From the NCBI GenBank assembly GCA_963823555.1, contig CAWGMA010000001.1:800001-864000 (forward strand): DNA of 64,000 nt. Direction: 5' to 3'. The stretch comes from Candidatus Eiseniibacteriota bacterium. Lineage in GTDB: Bacteria > Eisenbacteria > RBG-16-71-46 > CAVPCR01. A model generated the notes under the pieces. That model had not been told where the DNA came from. It worked only from the letters and a program-made list of their open reading frames with translations, and made no database searches. How positions within the stretch are numbered: position 1 is the stretch's first letter; each line of letters begins with the position of its first letter. This document shows, piece by piece, positions 20,500 to 34,780 of this stretch. A program made the translations under genes and the position numbers.

Positions 20500-22425
20500 A
20501 TGCACGCGTTCCTCGCTTCTCGCCGCCGGCTGCGCGCCATGTCCGCCTCCGGCCTCATGCTCCTCACCGTGGCCCTGTCCGCCGGAAGCGCGGCCGGAGC
20601 CGTGTCCCTCGTCCGTGCCCCCGCCGGCGCGCCGGGACTCCTCGATCTCGGTCTCGCCCTCGACGATGCAACGCGCGAGGGTATGGAGGTCGTCTTCCCG
20701 GCCACCGAGGAGGATCTCGCCGCCCTCGCCGGCGCCGGCATTCCGGTCGCGGTCGTGATCGCCGATCTGGAGCGCTTCTACGCCGAGCGGCTCCTCGACG
20801 AGCGGTCCCTGTGGGAGGGGTCTGATCCCGGGGACACGCCGGGATTCGGATTCGGTTCGATGGGTGGTTTCTACACGTGGAGCGAGGTGGTGGGGAAGCT
20901 CGATGAGATGCGGGCCGACTATCCCGCTCTGGTCACCGCCAAGCAGAGCCTGGGGCTCTCGCACGAGGGTCGAGACATCTGGATGGTGAAGATCTCCGAC
21001 AACGCCGACCAGAACGAGGGCGAGCCAGCGATCCTCTACACGGGACTCACGCACGCCCGCGAGCCGATGGGGATGGAGGTCATCCTCTACACCATGTTCT
21101 ACCTGCTCGAGAGCTACGGTGTGAACCCCGAGGCGACGTATCTGGTGAACGAGCGAGAGATGTTCTTCGTCCCGGTCCTGAACCCGGATGGCTATGTCTA
21201 CAATCAGACGACCAACCCAGCGGGCGGCGGCGGATGGCGGAAGAACCGGCGCGATTCGGGTGGCGGCATCTACGGCGTCGATCTCAACCGCAATTACGGA
21301 TACCTCTGGGGTTATGACAACGTGGGATCGAGTCCGACGCCGAGTTCCGGAACCTATCGTGGGCCGGGGCCGTTCTCGGAGCCCGAGACCTCGGCCATCC
21401 GCGGCTTCCATCAGGGGCGGACCATCACCACGGCCTTCCACTATCACGCCTACGGCGGCTACGAGATCCATCCCTTCGCCTACGCCGCCAACGCCCTTCC
21501 ACCGGCGCCCGATCTGGCCCTCTACGAGCGCTTCGGCAGCGACATCTCGGCGATGAACGGTTATCTCGTCGGCAACTTCGCGCAGACGCTTGGCTATGTG
21601 GCCAACGGCGAATCCCTCGACTGGAGCTACGGCGAGCAGATTGAGAAGAACAAGGTCTTCGCGTTCTTGCCGGAAGTGGGTACGGGGAGCGACGGATTCT
21701 GGCCGCTGTCCTCCCGGATCGTCCCGCTTGCCGAGCTGCATCTGCCCCCGAATCTCTACTGGACCTGGATCGCGGGGGCCCGCGCGGAGCTCGACGGCGT
21801 GACCGCCGGACCCGAGGTTCCCCTGGGAGCGATGTCGCCCGTGGTTGTCGCGGTCGAGAACCGCGGCCTCGGTGCGGCGGCGAGCGATCTCACGGTCGCG
21901 CTCGCCTCGAGCGATCCATACGTCACGATCGGGGTCCCGGAGAAGCCGTTCCCCGTGGTCCCGCCGCTCACCATCGCAGACAACAGCACGGATCCACTCG
22001 AGTTCTTCGTCTCGGGGAGCGCGCCGCCCAATCATGGGATCGCGCTCGAGGTCACGCTCTGGCAGGGGAACGTGCAGCGGGGGCAGACAACCATCGAGGT
22101 GTCGACGCCGGCGGCTTCAGGGGTGGCCGAGACCGGCGCGCCTGGCCTCGATGGGTTCTGGGTTCGTGTTGCACCGAACCCGATGGGGGAGGGGACCGAG
22201 ATCCGGTTTGCCGTCGACGGGCGGCAGACGGTCGACCTCACGGTGGTCGATGTGACCGGCCGCGTGAGGCGCCATCTCCGCACGCGGGAGCTTTCGCCCG
22301 GCGAGCACCGCGTCGCCTTCGACGGGCGGGATGATGAAGGGGCGCCCTTGCCCGGCGGTATCTATGTCGTGAGGCTCAGGGTCGGGCCGGCAGCCACGCA
22401 CGCGCGGTTGGTCGTCCTGCGCTGA
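20500..22425 (+). CDS. Secreted M14 zinc carboxypeptidase (carboxypeptidase T-like) with a FlgD-like C-terminal domain, copy 1
   Basis: GGAGG RBS, signal peptide, HARE, NPDG, WRKNR, GVDLNRN, SEPET, third Zn ligand in FHYHAY, catalytic Glu in LPEVG, and the PNPM...GGIYVVRL tail. Confidence 0.9.
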   Translation: MHAFLASRRRLRAMSASGLMLLTVALSAGSAAGAVSLVRAPAGAPGLLDLGLALDDATREGMEVVFPATEEDLAALAGAGIPVAVVIADLERFYAERLLDERSLWEGSDPGDTPGFGFGSMGGFYTWSEVVGKLDEMRADYPALVTAKQSLGLSHEGRDIWMVKISDNADQNEGEPAILYTGLTHAREPMGMEVILYTMFYLLESYGVNPEATYLVNEREMFFVPVLNPDGYVYNQTTNPAGGGGWRKNRRDSGGGIYGVDLNRNYGYLWGYDNVGSSPTPSSGTYRGPGPFSEPETSAIRGFHQGRTITTAFHYHAYGGYEIHPFAYAANALPPAPDLALYERFGSDISAMNGYLVGNFAQTLGYVANGESLDWSYGEQIEKNKVFAFLPEVGTGSDGFWPLSSRIVPLAELHLPPNLYWTWIAGARAELDGVTAGPEVPLGAMSPVVVAVENRGLGAAASDLTVALASSDPYVTIGVPEKPFPVVPPLTIADNSTDPLEFFVSGSAPPNHGIALEVTLWQGNVQRGQTTIEVSTPAASGVAETGAPGLDGFWVRVAPNPMGEGTEIRFAVDGRQTVDLTVVDVTGRVRRHLRTRELSPGEHRVAFDGRDDEGAPLPGGIYVVRLRVGPAATHARLVVLR

Positions 22426-22551
22426 AACGCGACCAGGCCGACGGCAATTAATCGACTAGTAGATCCCTTTATATGGTTAGTGATGGAAAGTGCTCAAGGT
22501 AGATGGACCTTTCGTCTTGTCTCATGATTCCATATAATCTTTTTAATAACA

Positions 22552-22565
22552 TTGGTTTACGTCAA
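22552..22565 (+). promoter_or_regulatory. FNR/CRP-family-like binding site
   Basis: TTGGT-TTAC-GTCAA matches TTGAT-N4-ATCAA at 8 of 10 positions, inside the AT-rich intergenic region. Confidence 0.45.
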
Positions 22566-22597
22566 CGACGCCAGCCCTGGCTGCCAGCGGGATATAG

Positions 22598-22626
22598 TTG
22601 ACATGTAGAGCGTGATATCTGAAAAT
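22598..22626 (+). promoter_or_regulatory. Putative sigma-70 promoter of the respiratory operon
   Basis: TTGACA-N17-GAAAAT. Confidence 0.45.
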
Positions 22627-22710
22627 ATCCGCCATCGACCTGGGCCCTCGGCGCTGCCGACTGGAGCCCCACGAAGCCCGGACAGGAAACGAGGCCAGGG
22701 AGGTCGGTCG

Positions 22711-24645
22711 TTGGCAGAGGCGAGCGGCGCGCGAGTTCGACTGGGAGTCGAGGTCCCCGGCGGTGGCTACCACCGCAGCCTGATCTCCTGCCAGCAGGCC
22801 TGTCCGGTCCGCACGGACGCCCGCGGGTATGTGCGCGCCATTGCGGATGGTCGCTTCGAAGAGGCCTACCTCATCGCCCGCGGGCCGAACCCCTTCGCAT
22901 CCATCTGCGGGCGCATCTGCGGGGCGCCGTGCGAGGCTGCTTGCCGCCGCGGGCGCATCCCTCGCCTCGACCCCGACGGCGCCTATCTGGGTCCGGACCG
23001 CCCGGTCGCCATCCGCGCTCTCAAGCGCTTTGCCTGCGAGCAGGCGGGACCCGATGTTCGCCCGCCCGAGGATGTCGTAGACGATCTGCGCCGCTTCATT
23101 CCGGCGGTTGCCGCCGACGCCGAGGAGATGGCGCATCTCCTGCGCGGCGCGGTCCAGGGGCGCTTCGCGCCGGCCCAAGGCGAGTCCGTGGCGATCATCG
23201 GCTCGGGCCCGGCGGGGCTCGCTGCCGCGCACGACCTGGCCCTGCTCGGCTTGAGACCAATCGTCTACGAGATGGAGTCGGTCCCCGCCGGCATGCTCGC
23301 CCTGGGCGTCCCCGAATACCGCCTGCCGCGCGAACTCATCCGCCGGGAGATCGAGGTCATCCGCGCCCTCGGGGTCGAGGTGCGGTGTGGGGTCCTGGTG
23401 GGTCGAGACGTGACCTTTGCCGACCTCCGCGGCGGGCATGCCGCGGTCTTGATCGCGGTCGGCGCCAAGCGCCCGCGAGGCCTGAACCTGCCCGGCGAGT
23501 CCGGGCCGCGCGTGTTCGGCGGCGTCGATCTGTTGCGCGCAGTCGCTCTCGGCGAGTCCGTCGACCTGGGTCGTGAGGTCGTCGTCATCGGCGGCGGCAA
23601 CGTAGCCTACGATGTCGCGCGCACCGTCGTGCGCCAGGTCGCCTACGACGCCGCGCGCACCGCGGCGCGTCTTCCCGGCCGGCGTTCGGTCCGGCTCGTC
23701 TCGCTCGAGACGCTCGAGGAGATGCCGGCCGATACGCTGGAGATCGTCGAGGGCGACGAGGAGGGGATCGAACGGGTCGGCGGTTACGGGCCGGTCGAGA
23801 TCCAGCGCACCGGCGACGGCCGAGTATCCGGTGTCCTCTTCCGCCGTTGCGTCCGCGCCTACGACGATGAGCGCCGCTTCGCGCCGATCTACGACGACAG
23901 CGATCGCCGGACGCTGGGCTGCGACACCGTGCTCATCGCCGCCGGCCAGACCACCGATCTCTCCTTCCTCGCCGAGGGCGGTATGGACATCGAGAGCTTC
24001 CGCCCGGGCTGGCCCCGGGTCGATGCCGACACCCTGGCGACGACCGGCCGTGGCGTCTTCGTTGCGGGCGATCTGGCTCATGGCACACGTCTTCTCATCG
24101 ACGCCGTCGCCTCGGGGAAGAGGGCGGCGCGCTCGATCTACACGCACGTGACCGGCCGTCAGCTCCGGCCGGAGGCCCTCGAAGCGCACCTCGATCTCGG
24201 CGCCTACCGCCGGGAGCCCGGATATGAGCGCATTCGACGGATCGAGATTCCGGTCCTCGAACCCGAGGAACGCTTCGCCCGACCGGGAGCGGCGGTCGAG
24301 ATCGGCTACGACACCGCGCGCGCCACTCGCGAGGCCTCGCGTTGCCTCGATTGCGGTGTCACCCCGGTCTTCGATGGCACGCGCTGTGTCCTCTGCGGCG
24401 GCTGTGTCGATGTCTGTCCCACCACTTGCCTCAAGCTGGTCCCGCTCGCCGATCTCGAGCCGACGGAGGGGCTTCGAAGTCTCATCGACTGCCTTCTCGG
24501 TCCGGACGTCGATCCCGCCGCCCACTCCGCCATCCTCAAGGACGAAGATCGCTGCATCCGCTGCGCGCTTTGCGCCATGCGTTGCCCGGTGGCGGCGATC
24601 ACCATGGAGCGAGTTCAGTTCACGACCGCGTGGAGGTCCTCATGA
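22711..24645 (+). CDS. NAD(P)-dependent FAD/FeS oxidoreductase (GltD/NfnB/DsrL-like) with a C-terminal 2x[4Fe-4S] ferredoxin domain
   Basis: Start taken as the TTG after GGGAGG. Motifs: CQQACP, CGRICGAPCEAAC, IIGSGPAG, VIGGGNVA, AGD, EASRCLDC, CVLCGGCVDVCP and CIRCALCAMRCP. No signal peptide. Confidence 0.88.
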   Translation: MAEASGARVRLGVEVPGGGYHRSLISCQQACPVRTDARGYVRAIADGRFEEAYLIARGPNPFASICGRICGAPCEAACRRGRIPRLDPDGAYLGPDRPVAIRALKRFACEQAGPDVRPPEDVVDDLRRFIPAVAADAEEMAHLLRGAVQGRFAPAQGESVAIIGSGPAGLAAAHDLALLGLRPIVYEMESVPAGMLALGVPEYRLPRELIRREIEVIRALGVEVRCGVLVGRDVTFADLRGGHAAVLIAVGAKRPRGLNLPGESGPRVFGGVDLLRAVALGESVDLGREVVVIGGGNVAYDVARTVVRQVAYDAARTAARLPGRRSVRLVSLETLEEMPADTLEIVEGDEEGIERVGGYGPVEIQRTGDGRVSGVLFRRCVRAYDDERRFAPIYDDSDRRTLGCDTVLIAAGQTTDLSFLAEGGMDIESFRPGWPRVDADTLATTGRGVFVAGDLAHGTRLLIDAVASGKRAARSIYTHVTGRQLRPEALEAHLDLGAYRREPGYERIRRIEIPVLEPEERFARPGAAVEIGYDTARATREASRCLDCGVTPVFDGTRCVLCGGCVDVCPTTCLKLVPLADLEPTEGLRSLIDCLLGPDVDPAAHSAILKDEDRCIRCALCAMRCPVAAITMERVQFTTAWRSS

Positions 24646-25157
24646 GCACACCCTCGCCGGTTCTCGGCGCGCCCTCTCCGGTCGCGCCGGAGCGTTCCCG
24701 TCTCGCCCCAGAGCCCATGCCGCGCCGCGACTTTCTCGGCTTGGCCGCGACGCTCTCGGCCTTGCTCGCACTCGGCTTCGCCACGCTGGGGATGCTCCGG
24801 CTGCCGAAGGCTGCGGTCATCCCCGCGCCCTCGCGGCGCTTCCGGGTCAGCCTGCCGGAATCGCTGGTTCCGGGCGCGCCGTTCCTTCCCCCCGGCCGCT
24901 CGGTGGCCGTGTTCCGTGATGCCGGTGGCGTCTATGCCATCTCCCTCATATGCACTCACCTCGGGTGCATCGTCAAGCACGTGGCGAACGGGTTCGATTG
25001 CCCCTGTCACGGCTCGCGTTTCGCCGCCGACGGGGAGGTCACCAAGGGACCGGCTCCGAAAGCGCTGCCCTGGCTCCAGGTGAAGCGGACCGCAGCGGGC
25101 ACCTACATCGTGGACGAGGGGAAAGAAGTATCACCCGGGACCAAGGAGATGGCATGA
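24642..25157 (+). CDS. Rieske [2Fe-2S] protein of a Rieske/cytochrome b complex
   Basis: Tat-like RRDFL followed by a TM anchor; CTHLGC and CPCHGS boxes; ATGA overlap with the upstream gene. Confidence 0.93.
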   Translation: MSTPSPVLGAPSPVAPERSRLAPEPMPRRDFLGLAATLSALLALGFATLGMLRLPKAAVIPAPSRRFRVSLPESLVPGAPFLPPGRSVAVFRDAGGVYAISLICTHLGCIVKHVANGFDCPCHGSRFAADGEVTKGPAPKALPWLQVKRTAAGTYIVDEGKEVSPGTKEMA

Positions 25158-26689
25158 GCACGGGGCTCGAGCGCTTCTCGGCCAATCTGCGCGCCATCCC
25201 GCGCGCGTTCGCCCGGAGCTTCTATCGTTCGGGAACGCCGCGCACCGACCGCAGCCGCTCGTCATTCGTCTTCAACAGCCTCTTCCTCCATTTCCACTCG
25301 GTGCGCATTCACCGCTGGACGCTGCGCTGGCGGACCACGCTCGGGCTCGGCGTGATCTCGTTCTCCGCGTTCCTCCTGACGCTGGTGACGGGCATTCTCC
25401 TCATGTTCTATTACAAACCCTATCCGAGCGCCGCGTACGATTCGATCAAAGACATTCACTTCGTCGTTCCCACCGGGCAATTCATCCGCAACATCCACCG
25501 CTGGGCGGCCCAGATCATGGTGGTGGCGGTCATCCTGCACATGGTGCGAGCCTTCTATACCGCTGCCTACCGGACGCCCCGCGAGTTCAACTGGGTGATG
25601 GGGATGGGACTGCTCGTCGTCACGCTCGGGCTCTCCTTCACTGGCTATCTCCTGCCCTGGGATCAGCTCGCCTACTGGGCGATCACGATCGGCTCCAACA
25701 TCGCGCAGTCGCCCCGCGAAGTCACCGATGCGCTCGGCATCACCCGCTGGTTCGACATCGGAGGATTGCAGAAGCTCCTCCTCCTCGGCTCCGAGGAGAT
25801 CGGGGAGGAGGCGCTCATCCGCTTCTATCTCCTGCACGTGATGATCCTGCCGCTCGTGCTCGCCGCTCTCGCCGGCGTGCACTTCTGGCGCGTACGGAAG
25901 GACGGAGGGCTCGCGCGGCCGGCTGATGTCGATCGCCGCCTGGGGCCGCCGCCCGCCGGCACCTATCCCGTCTTCACCGAGGAGCCGAAGCGCACCTATC
26001 ACCTGGCCGCGGTCGTCGCCGGCAAGACCCCCGCGGTCGGCAACGGTCCCGAGCAGACGGTGCCGGCGGTGCCTCATCTGTTCTATGCCGAGGCGGGTGT
26101 CTTCATGCTCACGGTGCTCGTCTGTCTCGCGCTCGCTCTCGGCTGGGATGCGCCCCTCAAGGAGCTCGCCAACCCCGCCGTGCCCGAGAATCCGGCCAAG
26201 GCGCCCTGGTACTTCCTCGGCCTGCAGGAGCTGGTCTCGTACTCGGCGTTCATGGGCGGGATCGGGATCCCGGCCATTGTCATCCTCGGATTGCTCCTGA
26301 TCCCGTATCTGGATCGCGAGACGGAAGGCACGGGCGAGTGGTTCGGGGGGCCGGGCGGGGGCCGCCTCGTTCTCCGGTCCGCCCTCTTCGGACTTGCTGC
26401 TGTGCTCCTCGTCGAGGTCATCGCCATCCACTTCGGCTGGATCCGGCAATGGTGGCCGGCGGTCCCGCAGATCGTCATCACGCTCCTCAACCCGGGTACC
26501 GTCCTGACCGCCATCTATGCCGGCTACTCGATCTGGTGCGTCAAGCGCTACGATTCCACTCGTGCCGGGGCGCTCGGGCTGTTCACCTGTTTCCTCGCCG
26601 GGTTCCTCGTGCTCACGATCGTGGGCACGACCTTCCGCGGCCCAAACTGGGAGTTCTTCTGGTCCCGGTCCCAGTGGCCGGCGCACTGA
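25154..26689 (+). CDS. Cytochrome b (b6-like domain fused to subunit IV, with extra TM helices)
   Basis: Heme ligands in IHRWAAQIMVVAVILH and LLHVMILPLVLAALAGVH; TGYLLPWDQLAYWA; NPAKAPWYF at the PEWY position. Confidence 0.92.
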   Translation: MSTGLERFSANLRAIPRAFARSFYRSGTPRTDRSRSSFVFNSLFLHFHSVRIHRWTLRWRTTLGLGVISFSAFLLTLVTGILLMFYYKPYPSAAYDSIKDIHFVVPTGQFIRNIHRWAAQIMVVAVILHMVRAFYTAAYRTPREFNWVMGMGLLVVTLGLSFTGYLLPWDQLAYWAITIGSNIAQSPREVTDALGITRWFDIGGLQKLLLLGSEEIGEEALIRFYLLHVMILPLVLAALAGVHFWRVRKDGGLARPADVDRRLGPPPAGTYPVFTEEPKRTYHLAAVVAGKTPAVGNGPEQTVPAVPHLFYAEAGVFMLTVLVCLALALGWDAPLKELANPAVPENPAKAPWYFLGLQELVSYSAFMGGIGIPAIVILGLLLIPYLDRETEGTGEWFGGPGGGRLVLRSALFGLAAVLLVEVIAIHFGWIRQWWPAVPQIVITLLNPGTVLTAIYAGYSIWCVKRYDSTRAGALGLFTCFLAGFLVLTIVGTTFRGPNWEFFWSRSQWPAH

Positions 26690-26717
26690 GGGGGAGAGCA
26701 GTGAACGGGGCAGCGAC

Positions 26718-28390
26718 ATGAACACGGGGCGGAACAAGCACCTCCTCCTGTGGATGAGCCTCGCCACGCTCGTGCTGCTCGTGGGGGCGGCGCTCCGCGA
26801 GAACGTGGCCAGTGAGTGGCGCGTGCTCCAGCGCCGTTACCAGTCGCGGCTGCCCGCCGAGCAGGCGCGCGATTTCAGGGTACAGCTCCGCCAGATCTTC
26901 TCGCCCCAGGTCGATGCGGTCGATCGCTGCGTGAGCTGCCACGTGGGCATGGCGCCGGGAGAGAGTGGTATCGACGGCGATCGGCTCTACGCTCGCCACG
27001 CCGCTGTCGGACACGAGCCGGGCGAGATCGGGTGCGTCATCTGTCATGGCGGTCAGGGTCGGGCCACGCGGAGCGCCGATGCGCACGGCACGGTTCACCA
27101 CTGGCCGCAGCCGATGATCCCAGCCGCGATGTCCGATGCCGGTTGCGGAGCCTGCCACACGCATCTCGCGGTGCCGGCGGCCGCCGAGTTCGAGCGCGGG
27201 CGGGGGCTCTTCGAGCGCCTCGATTGTCTCGCCTGTCACGCCCTGGACGGGAGAGGAGGCACCCTCAGGCCGGGACAGGGGATGGTGAGCGGTCCCGATC
27301 TCTCGCGCGCCGGCTCGAGCGGCTTCGATGCCGACTGGTACGTCCGGCACCTCGCGCATCGCGACAGCGCTGGAAGCGGTCCCTGGCGTTCCTCGATGAG
27401 CGAGATCGCCGCGACGGATCGCGCCGCGCTCGATATCTTCCTCCACTCGCGGGTCGGTGCACCCGGGCTCGTCGCGGCCAAGGTGGCGTTTCACTCGCTG
27501 GGTTGTCGAGGTTGCCACAAGGTGGGTGGTGTCGGGGGTGACGATGGGCCCGACCTCACGCGCGTGGGCGAGAAGGATCCGGGGCAGCTCGACTTCACGC
27601 ATGTCCCGGGCGCGCCGACCCTTGCCAACTGGTTCGCCGAGCACTTCCGGGCTCCGGGGCGCGTCGTCCCGGGGTCGGCAATGCCCGTCCTCGGGCTGAC
27701 GGCGGAGGAGATCGAGAAGCTCACCTATTACATGTTGTCGCTGCGGCGGTCTGATCTCCCCGAGGCTTTCTGGCCCCGGGACCGCATCCGCGCCGAGCGC
27801 TTCGGCGAGCGCGAATTTGCCACAGATGGCGCCACGCTCTACGGCACCTTCTGTGCAGCCTGTCACGGGCCCGAAGGCCAGGGGATGCGCTACGCGGAGA
27901 CGACCGCGTTCCCGGCCATCGGCACGGCGGATTTCCTCGGTCTCGCGACGGACGACTTCATCACCGAGACCGTGCGGCGCGGGCGGCCGGGACGGCGTAT
28001 GCCGGCCTGGGGTGAGGGAGCGGGGGGGCTCCGGCCCGAGGAGATCCAGGCCGTCGTCGCCTACGTGCGGGGCATGGGCGGTGTTCCGGAGCCGGCCGAC
28101 AGCCGCCCTGCGCGCTGGGTCACGGCCGACCCCGAAGCCGGCGCCCGCCTCTTCCTCGCCAACTGTGCCCGCTGCCATGGCGAAGCGGGCGAGGGTGGCG
28201 AGGGCCCGGCGCTCCATAATCAGGTGCTGCTCTCGACCGCGACCGACACCTACCTGATCGAAACCATCCGTCGCGGCCGCCGCTCGACGACCATGCCGCC
28301 GTTCGCGACCCCGTCGACGACCTGGCGGCTCCTCACCGATCCCGAGATCGAGTCGATTGTCGCCTTCATCCGCACGTGGGAGGTGCGACC

Positions 28391-28394
<4 letters not shown>
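26718..28394 (+). CDS. Membrane-anchored multiheme cytochrome c (7 CxxCH)
   Basis: N-terminal TM helix; CVSCH, CVICH, CGACH, CLACH, CRGCH, CAACH and CARCH; MP distal-ligand motifs in the C-terminal domains. Confidence 0.92.
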
Positions 28395-33087
<4,693 letters not shown>

Positions 33088-33129
33088 TCGATATGGTCCG
33101 GGCGCCGGAGTGCCCGCCAAGGAGCAGTG

Positions 33130-34029
33130 ATGAGAGGATTGTTGCGTAGCAAGCTGGGGCGCGGGGTGCTCGTGCTCGGGGGGATCGCCGTTCTCACGGC
33201 CGCCTGCGGCAAGAGCGGTCCGCCGCGCTCGCCATCCGAGGTGCTCGTGCTCAGCCGGGCCGCGATGGCCACGGACCCGGCGGCCGACGAATGGCGGCAG
33301 GTGCCGGTGCACACGGCGGCGCTCCTGTTACAGGACATGGTCGAGCCCCGGCTGTTGACCCCCTCCACGGCATCGGTCGACGTACAGGCGATGACCGACG
33401 GCAGCCGGATCGCCTTCCGTCTGGCCTGGATCGACTCGAGCGGTAGCGACCTCCCCGGGGCCAGCCGTTTCTCGGATGCCTGCGCGGTGCAGCTCCCGGT
33501 CACCCTCTCTCCCGATGTGCCGGCCCCGCAGATGGGGGAGACTGGACGCCCGGTCGAGATCAGCTTCTGGCGGGCTTCATGGCAGGCGGTCGTCGATGGG
33601 CGGGCGGATGACATCAAGGCGCTCTATCCTGGCGCCGCCGTCGATCACTATCCATTCCAGGCGCCGACGCTCGAGGCCGGATCCGCGGACCAGGAGGCGA
33701 TGGCGGCGCGCTACGCGCCGGCTCGCACGCTTGGCAACCGGATGGCGGGCCCGCGAGAGCGGGCGGTCGAGGATCTGATCGCCGAGGGACCAGGCACTCT
33801 CCATGAGGCGCCCGAGCTCAGCTCCGACGGTCGCGGCGTGCGCACGCAGACGGGGTGGGCGGTGGTGATCACGCGCCCCCTACCGGCGGAGCTCAGACAG
33901 GCGGAGCGCGGTCAGGTCGCGTTCGCGGTCTGGGAAGGCGGCCACGACGAGGCGGGGGCGCGAAAGATGCGCACCGGATGGGTGCCGCTGGCCATCGAGG
34001 AAGCGGGAGGGAAGGGAGGAGGACATTGA
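33130..34029 (+). CDS. Heme-b gamma subunit (EbdC/NxrC-like DOMON fold), predicted lipoprotein
   Basis: LTAAC lipobox; FSDACAVQLP..QMG and AFAVWEGG..E.GARK, which supply candidate Met/Lys heme ligands. Confidence 0.8.
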   Translation: MRGLLRSKLGRGVLVLGGIAVLTAACGKSGPPRSPSEVLVLSRAAMATDPAADEWRQVPVHTAALLLQDMVEPRLLTPSTASVDVQAMTDGSRIAFRLAWIDSSGSDLPGASRFSDACAVQLPVTLSPDVPAPQMGETGRPVEISFWRASWQAVVDGRADDIKALYPGAAVDHYPFQAPTLEAGSADQEAMAARYAPARTLGNRMAGPRERAVEDLIAEGPGTLHEAPELSSDGRGVRTQTGWAVVITRPLPAELRQAERGQVAFAVWEGGHDEAGARKMRTGWVPLAIEEAGGKGGGH

Positions 34030-34703
34030 TGCCTCATCCGCCGCCGGAATCGCATTCTCCGGCGCCGAAGCTGATCGAAAGCGCCGAGTGGCGACTGCTG
34101 GGTCTCTTGTTCGAGCGGCCGCGCCCGGCCTGGCGAGAGGAGATCGCCGCACTCGCCCGTGAGGTCGCGAGCGAGGGTCTCAAGGCGGCGGCGCAGGCGG
34201 CCTCGGCGGCGACCGAAGGGGAGTACCTGGCGCTTCTTGGTCCGGGTGGCGCCGTTTCACCGCGGGAGGTCGGCTACCGCGGCATGGAAGATCCGGGACG
34301 GCTCCTTGCCGACATCGGTGCCTTTCATCGTGCCTTTGCCTTTCATCCGATCTCAGAGGATCCCGTCGATCACGTAGCGCAGGAGATCGGGCTAGTCGGC
34401 TACCTGAGCCTGAAGGTGGCCTTCGCCGAGCACGAGGGCAACCCGGAGGCGGCAACGACCACGGCCCGGGCGCGCGACACGTTCATCGCCGCGCACCTCG
34501 GCGTCTTCGCTCATGAGTTCGCCCGCCGTCTCGGAGCGGCGGCGAGCGCACGCAGCGTGGGCTACCTTGCTCTGGCTGCTCGTATTCTCGCCACCCGCGT
34601 GCCGCAGTCTGCGCAAGCTGCGCCCAGAGCTGCCGCCCTGCCCATCTTGACCGCCGATGGCCCCGACGAGATGGGCTGCGGATCCTGCCCCGACCCGGGA
34701 TAG
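34029..34703 (+). CDS. TorD/DmsD/NarJ-family molybdoenzyme maturation chaperone
   Basis: EDPVDHVAQE motif and F...HL; last gene of the molybdoenzyme operon. Confidence 0.82.
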   Translation: MPHPPPESHSPAPKLIESAEWRLLGLLFERPRPAWREEIAALAREVASEGLKAAAQAASAATEGEYLALLGPGGAVSPREVGYRGMEDPGRLLADIGAFHRAFAFHPISEDPVDHVAQEIGLVGYLSLKVAFAEHEGNPEAATTTARARDTFIAAHLGVFAHEFARRLGAAASARSVGYLALAARILATRVPQSAQAAPRAAALPILTADGPDEMGCGSCPDPG

Positions 34704-34780
34704 GGACTGGGACCGGGGCCAGGCCGGCCAATGCGTTCGCCCGCGTGTCCATGCGAGGCGCAGCGCTCCAAGGCCGCCGG

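Noticed and set aside
22711..24645. Calling this gene gltD or dsrL
   Set aside because: No gltB or dsr genes are present, and the context points to a bc-complex-associated role, so no symbol was assigned.
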